Shown in pieces: positions 51,912 to 64,000 of a stretch of DNA of 64,000 nucleotides. The stretch comes from Antedon mediterranea (Eukaryota; Animalia; Echinodermata): the NCBI RefSeq assembly GCF_964355755.1, contig NC_092670.1, positions 9,848,201 through 9,912,200 on the forward strand, written 5' to 3'. The position numbers and the translations under genes are program-made. Within the stretch, counting starts at the first letter, position 1, and the number at the start of each line of letters is the position of its first letter. The notes under the pieces were generated by a model. The model searched no databases, had not been told where the DNA came from, and saw only the letters and a list, made by a program, of their open reading frames with translations.

Positions 51912-54900
51912 ATGGCTTTGATGTTCATTCCTCTGGCCGTCTTGGCGCAACTTCTAGGCTTGACCGCTGTTGCCCTGATCAGTACTTGGTTGGTCAAGTA
52001 CCTAGATGGATTCGCTTGGGATGGTTCGAGTAAGCAGTTCAACCTTCATCCATTCCTGATGGTCATTGGCCTAATTTATTTCTATGGAAATGGTAAGTTG
52101 GATCACATTGCATATTGCTTGGATCATTTCGTCCAGTATGGAATGCCAAAATTTATGGTACACAACCATACTAAGGACAAATATTGTTCATGTTTATTTA
52201 ACAGCCAAATTGGCCGCAGACCAAATAACATACCAGTCCAAAAAATTTTATAGGCAGAAAAAGACCTAAACCTGCTGAAATGACCGGTGAAATAAGTTTT
52301 CAGAGGCAAATAAGACTAGAGTGTTTGAGAAAGTAATTTCAGCAAGTTATTGAACAGCCATATTTATGATGTATGATGCGACACTCTCGTCAAAATGAAA
52401 TCACCTTCAATTATTCTTCTGAGCTCCAAATGACTTACCCTGTGTTACATGTGTCTTGTTAATATGTTTTCCATCATCTTTTAAAAAAAATTATGACTAC
52501 TGTACTCTCTTCAAATTTTACTTTATAATGTTATTAAAGAATGCCAGGTGTTTAACAGATTTCAACAATTTTTTATTAACACCGTACAATATGTTTAATA
52601 TTAATATACTTCTTTTTTTTTTGCAGCAATCATTATATACCGCATCATGGCTGGATTGAATGTTCCTCGTCTAGCCGTCAAAATTGCGCATTTCGTACTT
52701 CAATTGTGCGCTTTTATATGTGCAATCATAGCCCTTGTTGCCGTCTTCCAGTTTCATAATGCAAATAACATTGCTAACATGTATTCCATGCACAGCTGGG
52801 CTGGAATATCAACTGTTGTCATGTTTGGTTTACAGGTAAATAATAAATTAAGGTGTTGTTCTCAATTTACAAATAAACCTTGTGGTAAGTAAAATAAAAA
52901 AATTCACTGTGAACATGTGAATCACCTGTGATGTATTATTAATATTACGGAATTTTCTTATACTGGAGAAATCAACATATAGTACTAAGAGTCCAGTGGG
53001 GAAATTAGATAGATGGATGTCACAGTAAGCTGTGATGATCAGTTTTGATGAATGTACAAACGTTTTGAATCTGGCAGTTCTTAATTTAATTAATGTAATC
53101 TTGGGTTGCATTCATACAAATTCTTTGTTTCTTAAGACTCCATTTCATTATTTCATTTTAAAGATAAATTTTGACGCAGCAAGATCTTTAATTCTGTCCT
53201 GTTTGGACTATGGCAACTTTTTGCTTGGTGGTTTAGCAATTTCAGATATCCGAAGATAAGATTGCATAAAGTTAACAGGTGCACCACCGCGTATCCTCTT
53301 TTTGCTGCCTGTCCAGCAAAGGATTGAATTTAAGATCTTGGTACAAGTATATAACGGCATCAATGGTTCAGTCTATATACAGGAACTAATTCAGAAGTAT
53401 AACCCTGGTCGACAGGGACTCGGATCTACACAAGATATTACTCGTCTGCTGTTCCTAAAACTAGTAGACTATTTGGTAATAGATCATTTTCTGTCATTAG
53501 ACCTAAGTTATGGAATAATTTACCTATTAATGTGTGTATAGCTCCAAGTGTACAATGTTTTTAAAAAGTTTTCTATTCCCTAAGGAATAATTTAGATGTT
53601 CTATTTGTCTTTGTATACTGCTCTAATTAATGTCTTTTTTTGGAAAAGCGCTTTATAAATCTATAGTATAGTATAGTCCCCAAAAACTTGAAAAAAAAAG
53701 ATTAATTAAAAATCAGACTTTGAATAGGTTATTTTGTAGTTTTAATAAAGTTAATCACTTACAAAAAAAAAAAAAATGTTTTCTTTTATAAAATTACAAA
53801 ATAAATAGTCAAATTGGCAGCCAATCTGACTATTAGTGGGTTATTAACCATATAATATTATATTTCTTGAATTTTATTTTTACAGCTTTTGTGTGGATTT
53901 TTGATATTTCTATTTCCCAAGTTTCCTGAGCATTATCGTACTCTTTACATGTCGTCGCACGTATTTTTTGGAGTGTTTATCTTGGGGCTTGCTGGAGCCA
54001 CTGTGTTGATGGGAATAGGTGAAAAGCTAGCCTTTGCCGGGTAAGTTAGAAAGTAACCTAATATTATACATGCATTTCACAAGCATTTAGTTAATATATC
54101 CCAGAATTTCTTTGTTCTGTCTGAAATTTGGCTAAAAAGATTGTTTCATAAAAAACGCTTCTTCCACACGCTATATTCATTTCATCATAGGGTAAAAAAA
54201 TGCTTCTTTCATTTATCTGATTTGGTCACAAGCTATCTATTGATGACTATAATTATTACATGGTCCGACCTCCAAGTTCACCTAGGGGTCGCAGGTTCAA
54301 TAAGGGCCATTAGAGCAAAAAAAAGCAAAACTTGTTACTGTTGTACCCCACATAAGGATTACAGTGTTAAAATAAGGACATTTCAACCAAATTATTAAGG
54401 AATGATTTATAATATCCTGGATAAAAAGTGCCTAATATTGTGAAACATAGTGCTGTACATATTATTAGCTCGGTCATTCTTTGATCAAACAAAGTTGTGT
54501 CTTGACCTAACCAGGTACTCAATTGTGGAGAGAGGCAAACGTAGGGTAAAGTGTCTCTCCTAAGGATACAAGCAGTGTGCGACGAGTGTTGGATCCAAAC
54601 CCACGACCTTAAGATCTTTCATCCACACGCCCTTTTCCCAAAGAGTATTATCAGCGTTCTTTTCCTATAACCCAAGCATTGCTCTTTTTCAAAGCTCCTA
54701 CTGGCCCAGTCATCTTTAACATATTCTGACCTATCAATGTTACAGGACTCTATAAAATAATTGCATAATCTTTTGTAAAGTATAGTATAGTATACCAATA
54801 TACTGTAACTTCACTTCACAACCAACCCTTCATCTCAAATGCTTTTTTTTTATCTTTGGTTTTTTTCATTCATTTGTTCATTCATTCTTTCAGGAATTAT

Positions 54901-55035
54901 TCTGAGCTTCCTAAAGCAGCCATTATCGGAAACGTAGCGGGTGTTACCTGCATAGGCTTCATTTGTATTATCATTTTCATCGTCACAAATCCAAACTTCA
55001 AGTTTCAAGGCTACGAACATGTTAATAATCTATGA
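51912..55035 (+). CDS. CYB561: Cytochrome b561 family transmembrane ascorbate-dependent reductase (CYB561A1/CYBRD1/CYB561A3-like), 228 aa with proximal last exon 4a
   Basis: Exons 51912-52092 (QFNLHPFLM), 52627-52835 (VKIAH...VFQFHN...NMYSMHSWAG), 53886-54040 (YMSSHVFFG...MGIGEKL) and 54894-55035 (YSELP...IIGNVAG, TM6). Four haem-ligand His and FNxHP/YSxHSW motifs present. Symbol is family-level. Confidence 0.92.
53174..53676 (+). mobile_element. L2/CR1-type LINE 3' fragment; another L2-like tail on the minus strand at ~51650-51845
   Basis: Degenerate ORF2 peptides SLILSCLDYGNFLLGG and LPVQQRIEFKILVQVYNGING...YIQELI; ends AAGCGCTTTATAAAT plus (TATAG)n tail. Confidence 0.75.
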
Positions 55036-55944
55036 ACGCAGAAATTTCATCCTTAAAATAATGTACTTTGTCCAGGCTGGTAGGGAACATTTTTCACTAT
55101 TTTTACATTTTCACCCACACACTGTACTACATGGTATTATTTATTATCAAGGAACAAAGGTTTCACGTAACCAAAGCCACAAAGTTAGAACTTAATAAAA
55201 TCACTCAAAGACTATGCTTTTTTAATGGTTGTTGAGCCTAGTTCTAGATAGCTAAATTATTGTGCATTTTGAAAAATCCAGTATTTTTTACAGTATACAT
55301 GGTTACCACTCAACACTCAGTATCACATCGTATTCCTTTACTCATTAAAAAGATTCATTCGGTTGGTATTACAAATAAAATATGATAGTTAATTACATCT
55401 CAACCGTAATAGTAAATAAAATAATCCTTATTTACTTTTACTATTACTATTATGGTTGAGATATAATTAACTATTATATTTTATTTCTTTACTGTTCAGA
55501 TCCTCATTTCAAGTATAGTCACACATGTGGACTGAGGGTTTTTTTGTGTTAAGCGGTCACCAAATGATGCTCATTTTCCTTTTTCTACAATGGCAAGGCC
55601 CGATATGGACCAGTACACCGGGGTAACCTTTTACATAAAGATGCACTGGTATTATTAAAGTGCACACAAGCTAGATGTGTACAATGCGATCACAAAAGCT
55701 ATGTCTACACTATAAAGTTTATGTGAAAAAAAAAATGTGATGTGCCCATATATGGACATGATGATGTCATATCACTACCATATTTGGACACATCACACTT
55801 TCATTTCAAACTAATTTGATAGTGTAGACAGAGCTTAAACACACTCCTAAGAAGTGCTATTTACAGCACAGCTGCAACTATCAAAAGACCAGGCCTCTAT
55901 AAGTGAATAATCTATTTATGCATGTTGTTTTATTTTGCCTTCAG

Positions 55945-56110
55945 ATTAACTACTGATGTTATCATTGCAAACACTGCCGGTTTGGCTATTATCGCATTCA
56001 TTGGCATCATCGTTTTTATAATAGTAAAACCAGAGTATAATAGAGACCGTTCGTGGAGTCGTTTAAAACAACTTTGCGGATACGGTCATGACCCTCTAAT
56101 CGTAACCTAA
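55945..56110 (+). CDS. CYB561: Alternative terminal exon 4b of cytochrome b561 (second TM6 plus a different tail)
   Basis: ttttgccttcag acceptor, phase-2 compatible with exon 3; VIIANTAGLAIIAFIGIIVFIIVKPEY aligns with 4a AIIGNVAGVTCIGFICIIIFIVTNPNF; open to TAA at 56110. Confidence 0.8.
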
Positions 56111-56791
56111 ATCTGACTATACAGTTGGTATCAACGTAATTGAAATAGGCAACTTTTGTAAAAAAAAACTAAAAAAAGCATTATAAACAATAATCAATAT
56201 TAATTAATAAATAATAATTATTAATGATCAAAATTTGATTATAAAACTTATAGTGAGTCAATGATTGTATGAGGACAACAGTTTGATTGCGTATACATCA
56301 CTTACTGACATATGATGCATGCATAAATCTATCTAAACTGCTCGGTAGTAAGCACTGTTACTCAGTAGATATCCTCTTAACATATTATTATAACCTCTAC
56401 ACATCATTATATCATGTTTTAAGTTTCATGGTTTGTCTATAAATAATAATTAAGCATACATCCAGATAGTAGTATTAATCTGGTAATTCTGTGTTAAGCT
56501 ACATTCAAAATTAAATTGTCATTTAAAGTTAAAATGTGACCGAACGAACATTTTTTAAACTAAAATAAATGTTATTACAGTAGATATGTATATCTAGCCC
56601 AATGCATATTATTTACAAAAAAATTAAAATCCTACAAATTCTTAGGTTAGATATTTTATTTTCCTCCTGAAATAAATTGTTTTACCATGTGTGCTGTAAT
56701 AATAGTTGTGTAGTTGTTAATTCTATTCTGTGTATCATGTCTAGAAACTGCATGCAATGGCGTAATGCAGGGGAACAAAGTCACTGGTTAA

Positions 56792-56982
56792 AGAGTCTTT
56801 CACACCTGTTCCGGCACGGTTCCGGTCCAGCGAATCGAACATCAATGTTTCGTTTTCATGACGCTCCACACGGCTATGCGCCAATCGATATGCGCATAGC
56901 CGCATAAAAACGAAATATTGACGTTTGATTGGATTTTCTGGCGCCAAACCTGAACCGTGCTGGAACAGGTGTGAAAAACCCT
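56792..56982. mobile_element. Harbinger-like MITE
   Basis: TIR TTTCACACCTGTTCCGGCACGGTTC / GAACCGTGCTGGAACAGGTGTGAAA in TWA context. Confidence 0.75.
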
Positions 56983-57538
56983 TTAGATGTCCTCCTAAGA
57001 TGCCCTCCAACACTGGTTAGTTGCATTTGGGCTTCTTAAATCTCTGGGGCCCCTGGGTTCAACTAGTGAGCACTCATAGCCATTATGCCACTGATTGCAT
57101 GTGTTTAAAAACCTCAAGAGAAATATTTGCATTTTATAATATCCTTTCGATATACAGAACATTTTATCAGGTACCTCTACTGTAGCTTAATATAAAATAT
57201 AAGTAATTACTGTATATTTTTCAACATTATGAAGCGGAATGAGAATTCTTAAAACATAAAGTTTCTGCATAACTTTCCTTATTGTCAAAAAATTAAGAAT
57301 TCACTTAAATTTACTCTCATTTTTGTGAATTTGAAACAGTTTGACACAACAAAACATTGAAAAATAATCATTGTTATGAATGTACGTCATACTTCGCAAA
57401 TCAGTTATGTAACACCGACCAAAAGGAAACAAACTTGACAATGGCCCTCTTATGAATCTTATTCATAAATGGCTAAGATAAACCAACCCGGGAGTTGTCA
57501 ACGATCCAAAATATCCAGTAAACAATCGTCACCCGGTG

Positions 57539-57734
57539 CTGTATCTCCACATACTTTCTATTTTGAAGTATCATAGGAATATTTGGTAATACAGCATCAC
57601 ATGTAGAGCCTGTATCATGTAAGGTTAGGTTAAGGGTTAGGTTACTCTAGATACATGTGAAACACATGGAATGTTATAGTATTACCAAATATTCCTATGA
57701 TACTTCGGAAATAGAAACAGTATCGAGAATCAGC
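57539..57734. mobile_element. Hairpin MITE with central TTAGG-like repeats
   Basis: IR TTTCTATTTTGAAGTATCATAGGAATATTTGGTAATAC / GTATTACCAAATATTCCTATGATACTTCGGAAATAGAAA; core TAAGGTTAGGTTAAGGGTTAGGTTA. Confidence 0.65.
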
Positions 57735-59686
57735 TGCAATCATAAAGAATGCCATTCAATAATGTAGACTGTCAGTCTAACATAGGCCTCACTCAACATT
57801 CTGGAGTTGTTTAACTCTGCTGTTTGTTTTTTTTTTTTGTCCTTGGTCTGATGCTGAATAAATTATCCTTTTCTTAGGTGTGCAAAACTTAATAGCATAA
57901 TACTCCCAAATTATAATTATAATCATAATTTCCAACAATTATGTTACTTTTATTGCATAGTTTTAACCTATAATTGGTAAAATAATTGTTTTTAACACCA
58001 CCAGTATCTACAGTACTGAGGAATATTATTCTTGAACGTAAATGCTATGTGATCAGAATATAAAGCCTCTCCATACCTCCTTTCCTAATACTCACTGGCA
58101 AGAATTGAATCTGAGCTTAGCTGCATTAAAAAAATTTAGGTTTGTAATATTAAGAAACATTAGTGTGCAAAATATGTGAATGTTTGGAGGAGATACGTCA
58201 AATTATGCGACCAATTATTTTCAAAACCAGTGTTTTAATCAATTTAAAGACATTTTTTTTTTTATAGTTTTTCAGGTAAATATATTTTGTTGTTGATCCA
58301 ATGTTTGGTGAATATATTATGTGAGATTAAAATGGCATATTCAACAACAAATTTTAAAACATTTTTTTATGGCGAAAAAAAAAAAGGTTAACAATATATG
58401 AGAATTTGTTAATTTTGATTTGAAAAAAAAATGTGTAAATGATTGATTAACACCCATGTAGGGCCCAAGGAGTAGCAACAGCATCTTGTAGCAGGGGGAT
58501 GCTTTATTTTAAGGTGACACTCTTAAAATCGAATCAATAATAAAAATACAACACACCACAAATTTGCTATACTGTTTTTAATAGCACAAAATCGGGCACA
58601 AAATTGGCAGGGAGTTATACGTATTAATACATAAATTAGCACCACAATTATGGTCTAATAAATCAGTTTTTTACAAATACATAGAACCATAGCAATGATG
58701 AATGTCTTGGTCATCTCCTACACAGATAATTTTTGTTTTAGATCGATTCCTATGTTTAAAAAATAATTCACAGGATCCCACCCATACTTTGTTCATTATT
58801 ATAATTTGTTTTCATTCCATGTAAGGCCAATTTATACAGACGAGCAGTAACGGTAATAAAAATATATTCCTTATGACACAACGCGGAGTGTGCGGTTTCA
58901 GCTCAGGATAGCTGATACCGACTATGTGGGACAAGCTTTGCAGGTTTTCGCTTACCGTTACCACTTTTCTGTGTAAATTGGCCTTAAGAGGAAGAGATCC
59001 ATCCATTCCATGTAAGAGGAAGAGATTTGATAGATAGCAATTTTTGATCTATAATTTTTGTAATAGTAATTAAGTCATTTTATGAAAACAACAGAACTGT
59101 GATATTCCTCTTTGCAGAATAAACAAATTATTATTCAATTTGTATTTTTGTTTTGGCATCTTTATGATTAAAACACTATGTTGCAGATCTAAAACTCTGT
59201 ATGTATAATTACTGTATACACAAACATACAATACATATGTATTCAATAAATTAAGAACATTAATATTTGGTGGAATTTCGTAAATATAAATGTAATTTGT
59301 TCAAATTTTTGTTTGCAAATAAAAAATTTGTATTTAAAATAGGTGCAGGAAAACAAGCACACAAACTTAGACTATAAAGGTTTAATCATCAATGAGCACA
59401 CTCACATGATGGCATGTGATGTATGGCAATAACAAATTATATTTTTGTATATAGTGAACTCATAGCACATTGGAGTGGTGCCTACTGTATATTATTTTAG
59501 TGGATAGAATTTAAAGGGTTTAGGCCACATATTTGGCTTAATTATAATTGCAATAGTTATTTTTAGAATTATCAGAAATCCTCTCTAGAGGGCCTAGAGA
59601 AGTAATCTTCATTAATGAAATCAAAATTTATTTTTCCTTTGTAAATTCGTGTATAATTAATACTGTTCACACATTTATTTACTTAA

Positions 59687-60189
59687 AGATGTATTGTTCC
59701 TTGAAACACAAAAAATTAAGGTCAAAATATTCTAAATTTAAATAGGCCATATCAAAGTAATATTAAATTATTCACTTTAAGTCGAAAATTCAAGCCAAAA
59801 ACAAAAAGTTTACATAATTAACAGGTAAATTAATTTGATTACATTTCGTTTGGAAAATCGTCGCGAGCGAAAGTAAACAAAGATTTCAAACCTCGAGTAT
59901 GCATTATGCTAATTAGGATTGTTTACACTGTTTACAACTCGTCAAAGTTGAGAAGGTGTTTTCACACAGAATGCTAGGAAGTTTATGATTATGCATACAG
60001 AGTAGCCAAACAAGCGCGTTACATTATGAGATATGTTTTGATCGAAAACTTTGACTGGAAGTCGAAGTTATTTTTTGAACAAAAAAAAAACGTCTGTATA
60101 TCAGTTAAATGATTTTCAAAATGACCCACTTTTTTTCAAAATATTTTTTTTACAATTTTTTTTCAATTAATCAAAGGGACAATACATCT
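59687..60189. mobile_element. Kolobok-like MITE with the same termini as 38203-38549 but a different interior
   Basis: TTAA TSD at 59683-59686 and 60190-60193; TIR AGATGTATTGTTCCTTGA / TCAAAGGGACAATACATCT. Confidence 0.8.
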
Positions 60190-60922
60190 TTAATTAATTA
60201 ATATTTAGTTTGATGAGTAAATTTAAAGTCACATTTAATTCTGAAATAACACAAAACAATGATTGTAGTCTCCATGTATAATACCATTTTTTCTCGTTGG
60301 CAAGATAGAGTTTTTAGTTCAGGCAACTGTAATCTGAAAAAAATATTAATATTATTTATTAGAAATTGTAAGTGATGTATATTGTACATTAACAAGGAAA
60401 ATATTTGAACAAACGGTAACTGAAACCAGAACTTATTATTGTGATTCATTTGATCATGACATCATGGATTGTTAATAAAAGGAAAAACAAAATTGCCACA
60501 GTTTTTCCTTCTTTTCAAATCAAAATGAACTTAATAGATTAATTTAAATGTTATCAAAATAGATTTCTGAAATACCATACATGTACTGTGGCACTCCGAA
60601 TGAAATTATGAAAATTAACTGAAATGAAATGTTTCATAATGGAAGAATTATTTACATAATAATTCCTCCAAATTTAAATACAGTAAACACAGGTGGTAAT
60701 GATACACCATGTTGGATCTTGATGAAAATATACTTGGTCTGCTGATGAGAAATTATGATCAAACAGAATTTGATGAATTGACTCGTAAGTTACGACATGA
60801 CTGTGATGGAATTCAAAAAGTAATGCACAAATATAGGGCAAAGTAACATTTAAAATATTTTATTGTTTTTGTTTATAATGAAAGAAATATTACCGTGTTT
60901 GTTCTGTGGCCCTTGCATTCCT

Positions 60923-62929
60923 CTACTTGTATCTATATCTGTTATAAATACAAATACAATTCAAAATAATTGTTTTTCCCCAAAACATGTGGTACATAAG
61001 TGCATAGCCAACCATCGTGAATGTTATGTGCGATAGGAGTATCATTTCCAGTCACTTTATGTTAAGCTTGAAACAGAAACAGTTTGTACAAAATACAGTT
61101 TGTACAAAATGGGGATTTACTATTTTACAGTTGTAGCTTTACTAGAATATGTTGGAATAATAACTGATATTGTAAAAAATAATGTAGTTAAAACTATGGG
61201 CTGTTCTTGAAAAAGGACTAACTTAGAGAGAGATTAATACAGTGATTTATAAACCATTCTTTAACATTTTAGATGATTAAGATGGAATTTATAGTTACAG
61301 TGCTCAGGTGGTTATGCAAACCATATGATAAACATTACTTACTTAAATGCAAGAATTGCCATGATCAATATGGCCAAAAATTCCCATAGCCACATACTAT
61401 CTAGAAGTTCATCACAGTCAGTGTCAGGTCTACCATTTGGCAGTCCACGACCACTTGGTGGTATATTACCAGAAGCACCAGAATAAAAGCCAGCAGACTC
61501 TCTGTGGAAGCCTCCACCTCCAACCACTAACTCTTGTGTATTTTCATGACCAGTACCATTCTATACAATTATTCGATATGATTATTATACGTGATCGACA
61601 GTGGCAGATGTTAAATCCCACTCATCTTCCGATTGAATTTCTATCAGATTCAGAACAAGTTATGATTAGTTTACGATAATAAATTTTTTTTAAATGTATT
61701 ATTGTTACCTGCTCTTCTTCATTGCATATGGTTAAGTCTTCAAAAATGGAAGCTCCATTTCTTATCAGGAGCAGCAAATTTAAAACCAATGTGTAAAAGC
61801 CTACAAAATACAAGAACTGAGTAGATTAGGGAAGATATACTTGCAGCATAACTCAAATTACTTTTTGAAATCCTGGAAAATAAATTAAATGTACTAATGG
61901 TTAATATATAATGGGTTTTAAGGCATGTGCATCTTAGAATTGAAAATATTGAAATAACCAAAGCACAAACATTGGGTTAGATTTTGATATTCCTGACTAA
62001 ATTTAGTTTTAAGGAAACTTTAGTGAAATATTAAATTATATTAATATGATGGTTCATAGAGTGTAAACCAGTATAATTTGTATTTTACCTTTAAATAGTC
62101 AGAGTATACCTAAAATATATTTCATTAATAATTAGGCATATTACTTGCATGTCTGCAGTGAGACATTAGAATGTGGTCCTAAATGTTACACATACTTACA
62201 TTGAAAATCTGGAGAATTCATGAATTCCAAGATGATTGTGGCATATATATGCCATATTAAACAAACAAGTCCTGTAATATGAAGTAATATGAAAATGAAA
62301 TTAACATTAACATTAAAGGCTGTAGCAAGAGGTTAAAAACAGATGAGGCAAATAAAGATGCTTTAAATATAATATTAATTAATATGAAATATTGCAATCT
62401 GTACAGATGAATTGGGGTGGGTTGTGAAAATTTAAAATTTCAGACGAGACAAGCGTCTAATGCCTGTAAATGTTTATAATAGTGTATACATATATAAACA
62501 TTTTATTGTTTGACTCAACACTATTTGATGTAAATGTCAAGCATTGATTTTCATTTTTGGTGTACACCTGTCAATAACCAACCATGTTTCTTTGTCATCT
62601 TTCACATGATTGAATACTATATGTTAACACCGGAATAGTTCGAAATACTGTAATTTGTAACAGTAAAGTACTTCCAATACAGAGACCTAAATGGTAGGCC
62701 TAGCCTAGGAGGCCTAGCCCGGAGGGAGGCTTACTGTAGACTAGCAATAGTACCCGCCTACTCTAAGCTCGACGGCACGTAATCATGACATTTTTTGCCC
62801 GAGAAATAGTTTTAAAAACGTCTATATATTGTTTCATTAGGTATTCATGCATATGATATGCTATTTTCAATAACATTACACTTTACCTACTATACCGAAA
62901 AATAAAATAAAACGGAGATCCGTCGCCAT
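60923..62929 (-). CDS. Unrecognised small membrane protein (~146 aa in the simplest model; 3' structure uncertain)
   Basis: aaaATGGCG start at 62929; GT-AG exons 62929-62887, 62271-62200, 61800-61709, 61560-61343 and 60938-stop give one open frame: MATDLRFILFFGIVGLVCLIWHIYATIILEF...CFYTLVLNLLLLIRNG...GGGGF...MWLWEFLAILIMAILAFKYRYK*. Confidence 0.5.
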
Positions 62930-64000
62930 TTTAATATTTGGTCGGATGAGACCCGGATGAGCTACGGTTCACTGACTATGAAAATCGATTGAATCACGAA
63001 AGTTGGCTTTGTGTTCAAACACGCCATAAAGGTTGTGTCTAATAACTTCATAGAAGTTAGTGTTTAAAACTGCTTAACTTAGAATAAAATGAATGCATTC
63101 TAAATAACAAATAAAACAACTTGGCTGATGTAAGCAGTATTGCTTGATAGAATTTGTTTGATATCCTTATTTCATTTTATTGATTTAAGCAACATTTGAA
63201 ACAACACATACTTTAAGTATGAGAGTTTATAGGTCAACTGTCACCAGGCGTGCCAAACCAACACAAAAATATGAATCAATATAAATATAACCTATCCAAG
63301 TAAAATACAATGCATACAGATATTTTAAGTTGAATTTTACATTTAAGTGGCCGACTTATTTCCATGTGAGTTTAAAAACAGCATAGAAAAAACTATAACA
63401 AAACTTGATTATTAATTATCATCAGATACCTAGAAACTGTAACAGTGTGTCTCTAAGTAATGTACACAAATTAAATATTTAAGCTTTGTGAATAAGGGAG
63501 GTCTAACACCAGCACAGAGGATAATACAGGTATTAGTTCAGTCCCTGGTGCTGACATTTTATTGGAATGGAGCAATATTGATTGATTGATGAGGGTGTTT
63601 TTTTTTCAATGATGGACTTTTAACAACAAAAAGTTCCCACTAGAGACGCAATGCGAGGACATAGATGCAACAGAAGCTAGTTGACCAATGATAAGCGACA
63701 GTTCAAATAATCTATCGTTTATGATTGGTTGCTCTTCGTCTTGCATCTCTAGTGGGAACCACGCATGAATTCATATTTAAATGCTGTTCTACTGCAATTT
63801 TCGTAAATATCTTGCATACATGTTTAGTAACCAAATGGTAGGCTTAAGTGTAAAGGCAGTACATCCTTTAAAGGCAGTGAATTCTAAAAACTAACTATTC
63901 TTTTTGATGTAATACAAGTTCAGCAAGATTCATGTTTTAGCTTTCAAATAATGACCCCCAGAAAGTCATGAAATGTTGTATTGCACCTGGAAGGGTTTAA

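Noticed and set aside
57620-57645. Interstitial telomere
   Set aside because: Only a few imperfect TTAGG(G) units at the centre of a hairpin MITE.
60708-60846. 45-aa plus-strand ORF (MLDLDENILG...KYRAK)
   Set aside because: Short, no recognisable motif, no supporting exon structure, and antisense to the minus-strand gene; chance cannot be excluded.

Overview
AT-rich animal genomic DNA with GT-AG introns and many SINEs and MITEs; an echinoderm-like marine invertebrate is my inference, not a demonstrated fact. I hand-spliced six protein-coding loci: (1) the 3' end of an ERG/KCNH2-type K+ channel (+, 4499-10517); (2) a complete ELL-associated factor EAF gene (-, 24590-29991); (3) DCAKD (+, 33068-37282), head-to-head with EAF; (4) a RING/coiled-coil/NHL TRIM-like gene with no recognisable B-box (+, 42181-46708); (5) an ascorbate-dependent cytochrome b561 (+, 51912-55035/56110) with two paralogous alternative last exons; (6) an unrecognised small membrane-protein gene (-, ATG at 62929). 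The rest is non-autonomous DNA transposons (Harbinger/ISL2EU-, Kolobok-, P-, Ginger-, Tc1/pogo-, hAT- and Helentron-like), a 3-kb foldback-type element with ~1.1-kb arms, LINE 3' ends, tRNA-derived SINEs and two minisatellites (53 bp x7, 40 bp x24). Most notable: the duplicated cytochrome b561 terminal exon; TAGGCCTA/CTAG-saturated blocks just inside putative first introns; a Ginger-like MITE carrying ~20 TTGCGCAA palindromes next to the bidirectional promoter; 26-37 bp hairpin insertions with 7-bp TSDs; and a candidate intronic C/D-box RNA. No CRISPR or prokaryotic system is present. All coordinates were read by eye and TE superfamily labels rest on termini/TSD rules only.
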